Position numbers and translations under genes: made by a program
Notes under the pieces: model-generated
What the model was told of the DNA's origin: nothing
The model's database searches: none
Seen by the model: only the letters and a program-made list of their open reading frames with translations
In this document: piece after piece, positions 15,130 to 23,627 of the stretch
How positions within the stretch are numbered: the first letter of the stretch is position 1
Layout: every line of letters starts with the position of its first letter
Source: Xanthomonas campestris pv. campestris str. ATCC 33913
GTDB lineage: Bacteria; Pseudomonadota; Gammaproteobacteria; Xanthomonadales; Xanthomonadaceae
Length of the DNA: 32,000 nucleotides
Direction: 5' to 3'
Assembly: GCF_000007145.1 (NCBI RefSeq)
Contig: NC_003902.1
Location: 2,216,497-2,248,496, forward strand

Positions 15130-16783
15130 GGTTGTGCTCCGGAGTACAGGGCTTATCGGCAGCGCGCCGCAAATCTTCAAGGCGAAGAACGAGACTGGCG
15201 GCATTGGCACGGTGCAGGTCATCGGGGACGCGTTGTCCGTCGGTGACCCAGGTGATCGGCATCTGGTGATCGACGACCACCGACAGGGCGCTGCCGAAGC
15301 GTCCGGTCTCGTCGAGTTTGGTCAGCACCACGCCCTGGGGCTTGGCATGGGCGAAGCGGCGCACGACCTCGTCGAGGTCGGAAAAATGGGCGTTGGCGGG
15401 CAGCACCAGCAACGAGGTGACCTGGCGGGCGGCGCGCAGCCAGTTGAGCTGGGCGGCCAGGGCGCGGTCGCGCTGGCCCATGCCGGCGGTGTCGATCAGT
15501 ACCAGCTTGTAGTCGCGCAGGCGCTCGAGCAGCTCCAGCAGGCTTTCGGCGCTGTCGGCCTCGTGCACGGCGATGCCGAGCTGGCGGCCGTAGCTGTGCA
15601 GCTGTTCGCGGCCGCCGACACGCTGGGTGTCGGTGGTGACCAGGGCCACGTCGCGCGGGGCGTGCTGGGCGGCGAAGCGCTGGGCGAGCTTGGCGATGGT
15701 GGTGGTCTTGCCGGCGCCGGTCGGGCCGACCAGGGCGATGACGCCGCCCAGTTCCAGCGGGTCGACCGGGGCCACCGGCAGGCGCTTGGACAGCAGGCCC
15801 AGCATCAGGCCACGGCCGCGGTGCAATTCGGTGTCGGCCGGGATCTGCAGGGCAACATCGCGGATCAGGCCGGCGTCGAAGCCGTAGTCGTCCATCAGCT
15901 CCAGCGCCTGGGCACGCACCGGCGAGCCGCGCAGGCGTTCGTCGGTGAGGCGGTTCATTTCGCGCTCGATCATCTGGCGCATCAGCGCCAGCTCACCGCG
16001 CAGCTGCTTGAGTTCTTCGTCGTTCTGCGGCGCCGGGGCGGCGGCCTGCACGGCGGCCAGGGCGACCGGCGCCACCGGGGCGACGACCAGCGGCGGCAGC
16101 GCGGCCGGCGGCAGGATCTGCGGCAGCGCGTCGTCCAGGTCGAAGCCGTCGTCGACCAGTTCGTCGTCGTGGTGGTGTGCGATCGCGACCGGTGCGGCAA
16201 CAGCGGCCGGAATCGCCGGGACCGGCGCGGTGGCGACGACCGGGGCCTGCAGCGGTGCACGCGGCACCGGCGGGGTGGTCAGGAATTCGGCGAACAGCTG
16301 CTCGGGCAGTTCCGACAGGGCGTGCTCGGGCTGCTGGCGCATGGCGGCAGCCGGTGCGCTCTGCACGGCGACCGGCATCGGCGCGGCAGCGCGGACCGGT
16401 GCAGCCGCCGGGGCGGGGCGCGGCACGCTGACCGGCTGGCGCAGGGCCATGGCGGCGATCATTTCTTCGGCGGCACTGGCCACGCGCTGGCGCTGGGTCA
16501 TGCCGACTTCGGCGGTGTCGCGACGCGGCACGTGCACCGGGGCAGGCTGGATGGCCGGCGCCTGCTGGACCGGAGCCGGCGCCGCGGCGGTGACCGGCAC
16601 GTCGGAGCGGGCGGTTTCCAGGGCGCGCTGCACCAGTTCTTCGTCGTAGTTGCTGGCGGCGACGATCTCGACGCCTTCGGCGGTACGGCGGTTGGACAGG
16701 ATCACCGCGTCCGGGCCGTGCTCTTCGCGCACCATGCGGAATGCGGTGCGCATGTCCGGGGCAACAAAGCGTTTGATCTTCAT
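15116..16783 (-). CDS. flhF: Flagellar SRP-like GTPase FlhF
   Basis: From the ATG at 16783 (MKIKRFVAPDMRTAFRMVREEHGPDAVILS) with GGAGG upstream. It has a long Ala/Pro-rich linker and an NG domain with LVGPTGAGKTTTIAKLA, DTAGMGQRD and TKLDET. Confidence 0.9.
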   Translation of the reverse strand: MKIKRFVAPDMRTAFRMVREEHGPDAVILSNRRTAEGVEIVAASNYDEELVQRALETARSDVPVTAAAPAPVQQAPAIQPAPVHVPRRDTAEVGMTQRQRVASAAEEMIAAMALRQPVSVPRPAPAAAPVRAAAPMPVAVQSAPAAAMRQQPEHALSELPEQLFAEFLTTPPVPRAPLQAPVVATAPVPAIPAAVAAPVAIAHHHDDELVDDGFDLDDALPQILPPAALPPLVVAPVAPVALAAVQAAAPAPQNDEELKQLRGELALMRQMIEREMNRLTDERLRGSPVRAQALELMDDYGFDAGLIRDVALQIPADTELHRGRGLMLGLLSKRLPVAPVDPLELGGVIALVGPTGAGKTTTIAKLAQRFAAQHAPRDVALVTTDTQRVGGREQLHSYGRQLGIAVHEADSAESLLELLERLRDYKLVLIDTAGMGQRDRALAAQLNWLRAARQVTSLLVLPANAHFSDLDEVVRRFAHAKPQGVVLTKLDETGRFGSALSVVVDHQMPITWVTDGQRVPDDLHRANAASLVLRLEDLRRAADKPCTPEHNHAVA

Positions 16784-16942
16784 GCGAAGTGCCTCCAGGA
16801 ACAGGACCCGACGGACGCCGTACGGGTGCGGGTGAAATGTGGGTGTGTTGCCAGCGTCATGAGGTGCCTGTCCCGTTCGTTCGTCCAAGTGCTGCGTCCC
16901 GCCCCGCAGCGGTGTGGCTGTCTGCGGTCTCGCCAGAGCTAA

Positions 16943-16958
16943 TGCATGCGGTGTGCCA
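16943..16958 (-). promoter_or_regulatory. Sigma-54 type promoter motif upstream of flhF
   Basis: The minus strand reads TGGCAC-ACCGC-ATGCA (10 of 11 consensus positions, correct GG-N10-GC spacing), about 160 nt upstream of the flhF ATG. Confidence 0.5.
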
Positions 16959-17288
16959 AAACGCGGCGCCGGGGTTCCGGCGCGTGGATTTGGGGGATTG
17001 GGACGGAGGCAGGGCTGGGGGTTTGGCCTGGGCGGAAGTGGTCAAGTCACTGGATTGATTGACGTTTTTCCGGGGCGGCGATGTGGTGGCGACGCCTTGC
17101 GGGCAGAGCCGCTGGTGGGCTGTACGTCGAACGTTGAGCGATTGGAGCGCCTGGAAACGGCCAGCGCCCTGCAATCGATTGGAGGTTCGGACCAGTGGCG
17201 GGTTTCCGACGCCGGGTTTTGGCATTCGATTACCGGTTGGCAGGCATTGCCGGCGCGTAGAGGGAAGGGGCGGGGCGCCGGTCAATGC

Positions 17289-17643
17289 GTAGGAGCGCCC
17301 TTGGGCGCGATGGGCGTTCCCGGTAAAGCCCATGGGCGTTCCCGGTAAAGCCCTCGCGACCGAGGTCGCTCCTACACAAGCGTGTTAGCGAGATTGTTGG
17401 CCGATCGCGCGTGGTCGGATCGCCGGAATGCCGTAGGAGCGCACTTGTGCGCGGGGGCGTTCCCGATGAAGCCCTATGGGCGTTCCCGGTAAAGCCCTCG
17501 CGACCGAGGTCGCTCCTACACAAGCGGTGTTAGCGAGATTGTCTGGGCCACTGCGCGTGGTCGGGTCGCCGGAATGTCGTAGGAGCGCCCTTGGGCGCGA
17601 GGGCATTCCCGATAACGACCGTCGCGCCCGGGTGCGCTCCTAC
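17289..17643. repeat. Array of GTAG-type palindromic REP elements in ~150-bp tandem units
   Basis: GTAGGAGCGC(N)GCGC hairpins and TCGCGACCGAGGTCGCTCCTACA recur, with units starting near 17289, 17443 and 17579. GGGCGTTCCCGGTAAAGCCC subrepeats also recur. Confidence 0.85.
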
Positions 17644-17716
17644 GCGGTGGCCAATCGACGAACCCGCCTCATCAATCACCACAGCGAAGGCTGGCTGACC
17701 ACAAACCCGTCTCACC

Positions 17717-17816
17717 ATTCGAAGCGCCCGGCTCAGCTAATGGTGCCCGCCAGCTTCAACCGCTTGATTCGAAGTGCCCGGCTCAGCTAATCGTGCCGAC
17801 CAGCTTCAACCGCTTG
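17717..17816. repeat. 50-bp tandem duplication covering the flhA stop codon
   Basis: 17717-17766 matches 17767-17816 at 46 of 50 positions. The second copy holds the last 11 flhA codons plus the stop. Confidence 0.9.
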
Positions 17817-19876
17817 TCTTCCGGCACTTCGCTATACGCCAGCACCGACAGGCTCGGCACGCTGTGGCGGACCAGGCGGGCCAGGGCGGCGCGCACCTGG
17901 CCGGGCACCAGCACCACCGCCGGTTCGTTGCGGGCTTCCTGCTTGCCGACGCATTCAGCCAGGCTCTGGTGCAGGCGTTCGGCCAGGCCTGGCTCCAGCG
18001 CCACGCCGTTGCCATGGGTGGATTCCTGCAGCACGCGCTCCAGCTGCGGGGCCAGGGTGAACACGGGCAGCTCGGCCGACATGCCGGCGATTTCCTGCAC
18101 GATGAACCGGCCCAGCGAGGTGCGCACCGCGGCAGTGAGGGCGGCCGGGTCCTGGCTGTGCGGGGCGTGCTCGACCAGGGCTTCGACGATCTTGCGCAGC
18201 TGGCGCACCGGGATGCGTTCGATCAGCAGGTTCTGCAGCACGCGCACCACCACCGACAGCGGTAGCGCCTTCGGAGTGAGGTCTTCGACCATCTTCGGCG
18301 CGGTCTTGCCCAGGGTGGCCAGCAACTGCTGCACTTCTTCGTGGCCGAGCAGCTCCGGGGCGTGTTCGCGGATCAGGTGCGACAGGTGGGTGGCCACCAC
18401 GGTGGCCGGGTCGACCACGGTGTAGCCCATCGATTCGGCATAGGCGCGCTGGTGCGGCTGGATCCAGGTGGCATCCAGGCCGAACGCCGGGTCCTTGCCG
18501 GGAATGCCGTCTAGTTGGCCGAGCGCACCGCCCGGGTCCAGGGCCAGTTCGCGGTCGGGGTAGATCTCTGCGGTGGCCACCGGCACGCCGTGCACCAGCA
18601 GCCGGTAGGCGTTGGCTGAAAGCTCCAGGTTGTCGCGGATGTGCACCGGCGGCACCAGGAAGCCGATGTCCTGGGTGAGCTTGCGGCGCACGCCCTTGAT
18701 GCGCGCCATCAATTCGCCGCCCTGGTTCTTGTCCACCAGCGGGATCAGGCGGTAGCCCACTTCCAGGCCCAGCGGGTCGATCGGGCGCAATTCGTCCCAG
18801 CTCAGCTCGGCGCTGGCGGCGGCGGCCGTCGCTGCGGCAGCGGCTTTTGGGTCGGTCGCGGCTTCGCCGGTGGGGGCGACCACCAGGCTGCGCTTGTACA
18901 TTTTCCAGGCGATCACGCCCAGGATCAGGCCGAGCGTCAAAAACGCGACGTTCGGCATGCCGGGCACCAGGCCGACCAGGCCCAGGATGGCTGCGGCCAC
19001 CGCCAATGCGCGGTGCTGGCCGAAGACCTGGCTGATCATGGCGCCGCGCATGTCCTGCGCCCGCGAGGCGCGGGTCACCAGCAAAGCGACCGAGGACGAG
19101 ACCAGCAAGGCCGGCAGCTGCGCCACCAGGCCGTCACCGATGGACAGCAGCGTGTAGGTGGACGCGGCGTCGATGAAGGACATGTTGTGCTGGAGCATGC
19201 CCACCGCCATGCCGCCGATGAGGTTGATGAACAGGATCAGGATGGCGGCGATGGCGTCGCCGCGGATGAACTTGTTGGCACCGTCCATTGCGCCGTAGAA
19301 GTCGGCTTCCTCGCGGACCTCTTCGCGGCGGGCCTTGGCTTCCTCACGCGTCAGCAAACCGGCGTTGAGGTCGGCGTCGATGGCCATCTGCTTGCCGGGC
19401 ATGGCGTCCAGGATGAAGCGGGCGGTCACTTCCGACACGCGCCCGGCACCCTTGGTGATGACCACGAAGTTGATGATGGTCAGGATCGCGAACACCACGA
19501 TGCCCACGGCGTAATTGCCGCCGATCACGAACTGGCCGAAGGCCTCGATCACCTTGCCGGCTGCGGCGTGGCCGTCCTGGCCGTTGATCAGGATCACGCG
19601 GCTGGAGGCGACGTTCAGCGCCAGCCGCAGCATCGTGGTCATCAGCAGCACGATCGGGAAAATGGTGAATTCCAGCGGGCGCTGCACGTAGACCACCGCC
19701 AGCAGCACCATCAGCGAGATGGCGATGTTGAAGGTGAACAGCGCATCCAGCACCGGCGCGGCCAGCGGCACCATCAGCATGGCCAGCATGGCCATCAGGG
19801 CGAGCGGGGCGCCCAGGCCGTTGCGCAGCAGCTCCATCACGCGGCGGGCGTTCATCGGGGCGGGTTGGGCGCTCAT
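17783..19876 (-). CDS. flhA: Flagellar export apparatus protein FlhA
   Basis: A 697-aa protein with an N-terminal TM domain (FPIVLLMTTMLRLALNVASSRVIL, GGNYAVGIVVF) and a C-terminal cytoplasmic domain. Its start overlaps the flhB stop. Confidence 0.95.
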   Translation of the reverse strand: MSAQPAPMNARRVMELLRNGLGAPLALMAMLAMLMVPLAAPVLDALFTFNIAISLMVLLAVVYVQRPLEFTIFPIVLLMTTMLRLALNVASSRVILINGQDGHAAAGKVIEAFGQFVIGGNYAVGIVVFAILTIINFVVITKGAGRVSEVTARFILDAMPGKQMAIDADLNAGLLTREEAKARREEVREEADFYGAMDGANKFIRGDAIAAILILFINLIGGMAVGMLQHNMSFIDAASTYTLLSIGDGLVAQLPALLVSSSVALLVTRASRAQDMRGAMISQVFGQHRALAVAAAILGLVGLVPGMPNVAFLTLGLILGVIAWKMYKRSLVVAPTGEAATDPKAAAAATAAAASAELSWDELRPIDPLGLEVGYRLIPLVDKNQGGELMARIKGVRRKLTQDIGFLVPPVHIRDNLELSANAYRLLVHGVPVATAEIYPDRELALDPGGALGQLDGIPGKDPAFGLDATWIQPHQRAYAESMGYTVVDPATVVATHLSHLIREHAPELLGHEEVQQLLATLGKTAPKMVEDLTPKALPLSVVVRVLQNLLIERIPVRQLRKIVEALVEHAPHSQDPAALTAAVRTSLGRFIVQEIAGMSAELPVFTLAPQLERVLQESTHGNGVALEPGLAERLHQSLAECVGKQEARNEPAVVLVPGQVRAALARLVRHSVPSLSVLAYSEVPEDKRLKLVGTIS

Positions 19877-21003
19877 GCGCTGGCCCCCTTGCCGAACTCA
19901 TCCACCTCGAGCGGCGGCAGATCCGGCATCGGGCCGCCATTCCAGCCGCGTAGCTGGTAGACGTAGGACAACACCTGTGCCACCACCGAATAGAGTCTCA
20001 CGGGAATTTCCTTGCCGAGTTGGGCTTCCCTATACAAGGCGCGTGCCAAAGGCGGCGCGGTGACGATCGCCACCCGGTGCTGCTCGCAGGCTTCGCGGAT
20101 GCGGAAGGCCATTTCGTCCACGCCCTTGGCCACCACCACCGGGGCGCGCATCTTGCCGCCTTCGTACTTCAGCGCCACCGCGTAGTGGGTGGGATTCATC
20201 AGCACCACATCGGCGGTGGGCAGCGCTTCCATCATCCGGCGCTGCGACATCTGCATCTGCATCTGGCGGATGCGGCCCTTCACTTCCGGGCTGCCTTCGC
20301 TTTCCTTCATCTCGCGCTTGATCTCCTCGCGCGTCATCTTCAGCTTCCGCAGCCAGTTCCACTTCTGGTACGGCGCGTCGAAGGCGGCCAGCAGCACCAG
20401 CGCGCCGGCGGTGTAGAACAGCAGGCTCTTGGTGAAGTCCAGCCCGTTGCCCACGGCCTGTTCCAGTGGCCGGTTCACCAGCGAGCGCAGCCCGTGCAGG
20501 CCCTTGGAGATACAGAGGCTGGCCGCCAGGCCCACGAACAGCAGGCGCAGGATCGACTTGACCAGCTCAGCCAGGCTGTTGCTGCCCCACATGCGCTTGA
20601 TCCCGTTCATGGGATTGAGCTTGTTGAGGTCGGGCATGATCGCCTTGCCGGAAAAGTGCAGGCCGCTCATCAGCAGTGGGCCGACCAGCCCGGCCGCCAG
20701 GCAGATGCCGATCAGCGGCACCATCACCCACAGCAGTTGCAGCAGCAGGTCGCCGAAGTGGCCGAACAAGGCCATCGGGTTCTCGCGCATCTTCGGGTCG
20801 GGGCTCAGCGCGGTCTTCATCCAGACACTGGCGCCGTCGCCGATGCCGCGCGCCATCAGCATCAGCGCGAACACCCCGGTGCCGAACACCGCAGCGGTGG
20901 ACAACTCGCGCGATTGCGGGATGTTGCCTTGCTCGCGGGCTTCGCGCAGGCGTTTTTCGGTGGGTAGTTCGGTGCGTTCGCCGCCGTCTTCGGACTCGGA
21001 CAT
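19873..21003 (-). CDS. flhB: Flagellar export switch protein FlhB
   Basis: The N-terminus is MSESEDGGERTELPTEKRLREAREQGNIPQSREL. It has four TM segments and the NPTHY autocleavage motif. Confidence 0.95.
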   Translation of the reverse strand: MSESEDGGERTELPTEKRLREAREQGNIPQSRELSTAAVFGTGVFALMLMARGIGDGASVWMKTALSPDPKMRENPMALFGHFGDLLLQLLWVMVPLIGICLAAGLVGPLLMSGLHFSGKAIMPDLNKLNPMNGIKRMWGSNSLAELVKSILRLLFVGLAASLCISKGLHGLRSLVNRPLEQAVGNGLDFTKSLLFYTAGALVLLAAFDAPYQKWNWLRKLKMTREEIKREMKESEGSPEVKGRIRQMQMQMSQRRMMEALPTADVVLMNPTHYAVALKYEGGKMRAPVVVAKGVDEMAFRIREACEQHRVAIVTAPPLARALYREAQLGKEIPVRLYSVVAQVLSYVYQLRGWNGGPMPDLPPLEVDEFGKGASA

Positions 21004-21037
21004 TGGGGGGCCGTTGACTGGATTGGCCTTGCGTCAT

Positions 21038-21052
21038 GCAAGTGGTGTTCCT
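21038..21052 (-). promoter_or_regulatory. Sigma-54 type promoter motif upstream of flhB
   Basis: The minus strand reads AGGAAC-ACCAC-TTGCA (GG-N10-GC spacing is correct, 9 of 11 consensus positions). Its -12 element lies about 35 nt upstream of the flhB ATG. Confidence 0.35.
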
Positions 21053-21058
21053 TAAAAC

Positions 21059-21086
21059 GGGAATGGGGAATCGGGATTCGGGAATC
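21059..21086. repeat. Heptamer array GGGAATG GGGAATC GGGATTC GGGAATC
   Basis: Four tandem heptamers lie 6 nt beyond the putative flhB -24 element. Confidence 0.9.
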
Positions 21087-21449
21087 GCAAGGGCGGGGGG
21101 CTGCGCGCTGGGCGATTGCAGGGGGGGGCGGGAATAGGTAAAGCCGGGTAGCAGACGCCTGGTAGGTTGCGCTGGCCGGGCAAGCGGCGGCGGTGCGTTT
21201 TACGCCGTATGGCTGGGAGCGTGCATGGTCTAGATCGGGGCGCCTGGCGATGCCAACCATGTGGGTGTGCTGTTGGGTGGTTCGGTGTGTGTTGGCGGCT
21301 GGATGCTGGGAGCGCGAACGTGAACTAGGCCAAGGGATCGATTGGCCTGCATGGGGCTGAAGGAGGGGGGCGTCAGGTTGCCGGCGTTGGGCTGCGTACG
21401 CGCAAGGTGCGGGCTTGCGCCCGCGGAACTTTCACCTGCAGCCTTGGGC

Positions 21450-23540
21450 TCAGCTGGCGCGGCGGCGTTCGCCATCGCGCTGGGCGACGACCAGGGCGAT
21501 GAAGCGGTCCGGTTCCATCGGCCGGCCCAGCAGGTAGCCCTGTAGTTGGTCGCAGCCCAGGCGTTCGAGCGTATTGCGCTGGGCGGGGGTCTCCACGCCT
21601 TCGGCCACTACCTGCAGGCGCATGGTGTGGGCCAGGGCCACCACCGCGGCGACGATGGCGATGTCTTCCGGGCCGCTGTCCATGGCCTGCACGAAGCTGC
21701 GGTCGATCTTGAGCTCGTGGGCGGGCAGCTTGCGCAGGTAGAGCAGGTTGGAATAGCCGGTGCCGAAGTCGTCGATGGCGATCCGCACGCCCAGGTCGGT
21801 GAGCTGGCCCAGCGTGCGCAAGCAGGCGTCGGCGTCGCGCATGGCCATGGTTTCGGTGATCTCCAGGGTCAGCTGGCCGGGCGCGATGGCGTGCGCGGCC
21901 AAGGTGGCGGCCACTTCCGCCGGCAGGCTGGGCGAGGCCAGCTGGGTGGCGGAGAGATTCACTGCCACGCGCCAGTCGCCGTGCCCGGCATCGCGCCAGG
22001 CGCGCATCTGCCGGCAGGCTTCTTCCAGCACCCACTTGCCGAGCGGGCCGATCATGCCGCTGCGCTCGGCCAAGGGGATGAAGCTGTCCGGCGGCACCAT
22101 GCCGCGTTCGGGATGCAGCCAGCGGATCAATGCCTCCGCGCCCAGGGGGCGGCCGTCTTCGGCGCAGTATTTGGGCTGGTAGTGCAGGGCGAACTGGCCC
22201 AGCTCCAGCGCGCGCGGCAGGTCCTGCAGCAACTGCAGGCGCTCCCGGGTGGTGCCGGTCATCGAACGGTCGAAGAAGCTGTAGCGGTTGCGGCCGGCCT
22301 GCTTGGCGTGGCCCATGGCCGCATCGGCGTGGGTCATCAGCTGGTGCTCGCTGCCGGCATCTTCCGGATACAGCGCTATGCCCACGCTGCTGCTGAGGCG
22401 CAGCTCGTGGTCGCCCACCAGGAACGGCAGCGCCAGGGCCTGCACCAGATGACCGGCGATGGCGGCGGCATCTTCCGGGTCGGCGATGTCGGCCACCAGC
22501 ACGAATTCGTCCGCGCCCAGCCGCGCCAGGCTGCCATGCGCGCGCCGATGCGCGCCCAGCCGCTGTGCCACGGCGATCAGCAGTTGGTCGCCGAGCTGAT
22601 GCCCGTAGCCGTCGTTGACCGCCTTGAAGCCGTCCAGGTCGATCAGCATCACCGCAAAGCGCTGCCCGTCGCGCTGGCCGCGCTCGATGCTCTGCAGCAC
22701 GTGCTCATGCAGCAGCACGCGGTTGGGCAGGCGGGTCAGCGGGTCGTGCAGGGCGGCCAGCACCAATTCCTGGTTGGCCTGTGCCAGCGATTGCGCCAGC
22801 ACGTCGGTGCGTTGCTGGAAGCGGCGCGACAGCACCGAGATCACCAGCGCCAGCCCCAGCAGGCCCAAGGTGACCGCCGCCACCACCGAGGCCAGCCACG
22901 ACAGCGGCAGCTGCGCGCCGATCCCGGCCGCGCCGCAGATGCTGCCGGGCGCAAATTGCGCGGCAGCCATGCCGGTGTAGTGCATGCCCACGATGGCCAC
23001 GCCCATGATCATGGCGGCGACCACGCGCAGGCTGTAGCGGCGGCCGTCGTGGCGCAGCTGGAAGGCGATCCACAACCCTGCAGCCGAGGCACCGATGGCG
23101 ATCGCCACCGAGACCGCGAACAGCAGCGGGTCATAGGTGATCTCCGGATCCATGCGCATCGCCGCCATGCCCATGTAGTGCATCAGCGCGATGCCCAGGC
23201 CCATCAGCAGCGCGCCCAGGCTCAACCGGCGCCAGGGCAGGTCGGCGCGCGAGGTCAGCCACAGCGCCAACGCCGAGGCCAGGATCGCCACCAGCATCGA
23301 GTACGCGGTCAACGCCAGGTCGTAGCCCAGCGGAATCGGCAGCTGGAATGCCAGCATGCCGACGAAATGCATCGACCAGATGCCGAACCCCATCGCAATG
23401 GCGCCGCCCACCAGCCACGCGGCCGCAATGCCGCCACGGCTGGCGGTCATGCGCGCGGCCAGGTGCAGCGCGGTATACGAGGCCAGCACGGCCACCGCCA
23501 GCGACAGCAGCACCAGCGAAAGATTGTAAGTACCGAGCAC
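21450..23540 (-). CDS. MHYT-GGDEF-EAL membrane signalling protein (c-di-GMP turnover, MucR/NbdA-like architecture)
   Basis: Three MHYT repeats (MHFVGMLAF, MHYMGMAAM, MHYTGMAAAQF) in a TM region. The GGDEF domain has the variant motif GADEF. The EAL domain has EALIRW, DDFGTGYS, KIDRSF, EGVET and QGY. Confidence 0.9.
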   Translation of the reverse strand: MLGTYNLSLVLLSLAVAVLASYTALHLAARMTASRGGIAAAWLVGGAIAMGFGIWSMHFVGMLAFQLPIPLGYDLALTAYSMLVAILASALALWLTSRADLPWRRLSLGALLMGLGIALMHYMGMAAMRMDPEITYDPLLFAVSVAIAIGASAAGLWIAFQLRHDGRRYSLRVVAAMIMGVAIVGMHYTGMAAAQFAPGSICGAAGIGAQLPLSWLASVVAAVTLGLLGLALVISVLSRRFQQRTDVLAQSLAQANQELVLAALHDPLTRLPNRVLLHEHVLQSIERGQRDGQRFAVMLIDLDGFKAVNDGYGHQLGDQLLIAVAQRLGAHRRAHGSLARLGADEFVLVADIADPEDAAAIAGHLVQALALPFLVGDHELRLSSSVGIALYPEDAGSEHQLMTHADAAMGHAKQAGRNRYSFFDRSMTGTTRERLQLLQDLPRALELGQFALHYQPKYCAEDGRPLGAEALIRWLHPERGMVPPDSFIPLAERSGMIGPLGKWVLEEACRQMRAWRDAGHGDWRVAVNLSATQLASPSLPAEVAATLAAHAIAPGQLTLEITETMAMRDADACLRTLGQLTDLGVRIAIDDFGTGYSNLLYLRKLPAHELKIDRSFVQAMDSGPEDIAIVAAVVALAHTMRLQVVAEGVETPAQRNTLERLGCDQLQGYLLGRPMEPDRFIALVVAQRDGERRRAS

Positions 23541-23627
23541 CCGTCCACATCCCGCGCCGACACCAGCGCTTGCCCTGTGAGCTAACGACCCGCCGCGCCG
23601 CTTCTTGAGTGGGCGGGGCGACGGGGT

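Noticed and set aside
14609-16942. A 777-aa plus-strand ORF. Similar long ORFs occur at 10667-11557, 18641-19960, 20020-20967, 21546-23585, 24933-26864, 27209-29710 (alternative frame) and 29766-30866.
   Set aside because: They lie antisense to, or out of frame with, strongly supported flagellar, chemotaxis and GGDEF genes. Their products are low-complexity and rich in Arg, Gly, Ala and His, which is typical of spurious open frames in high-GC DNA.
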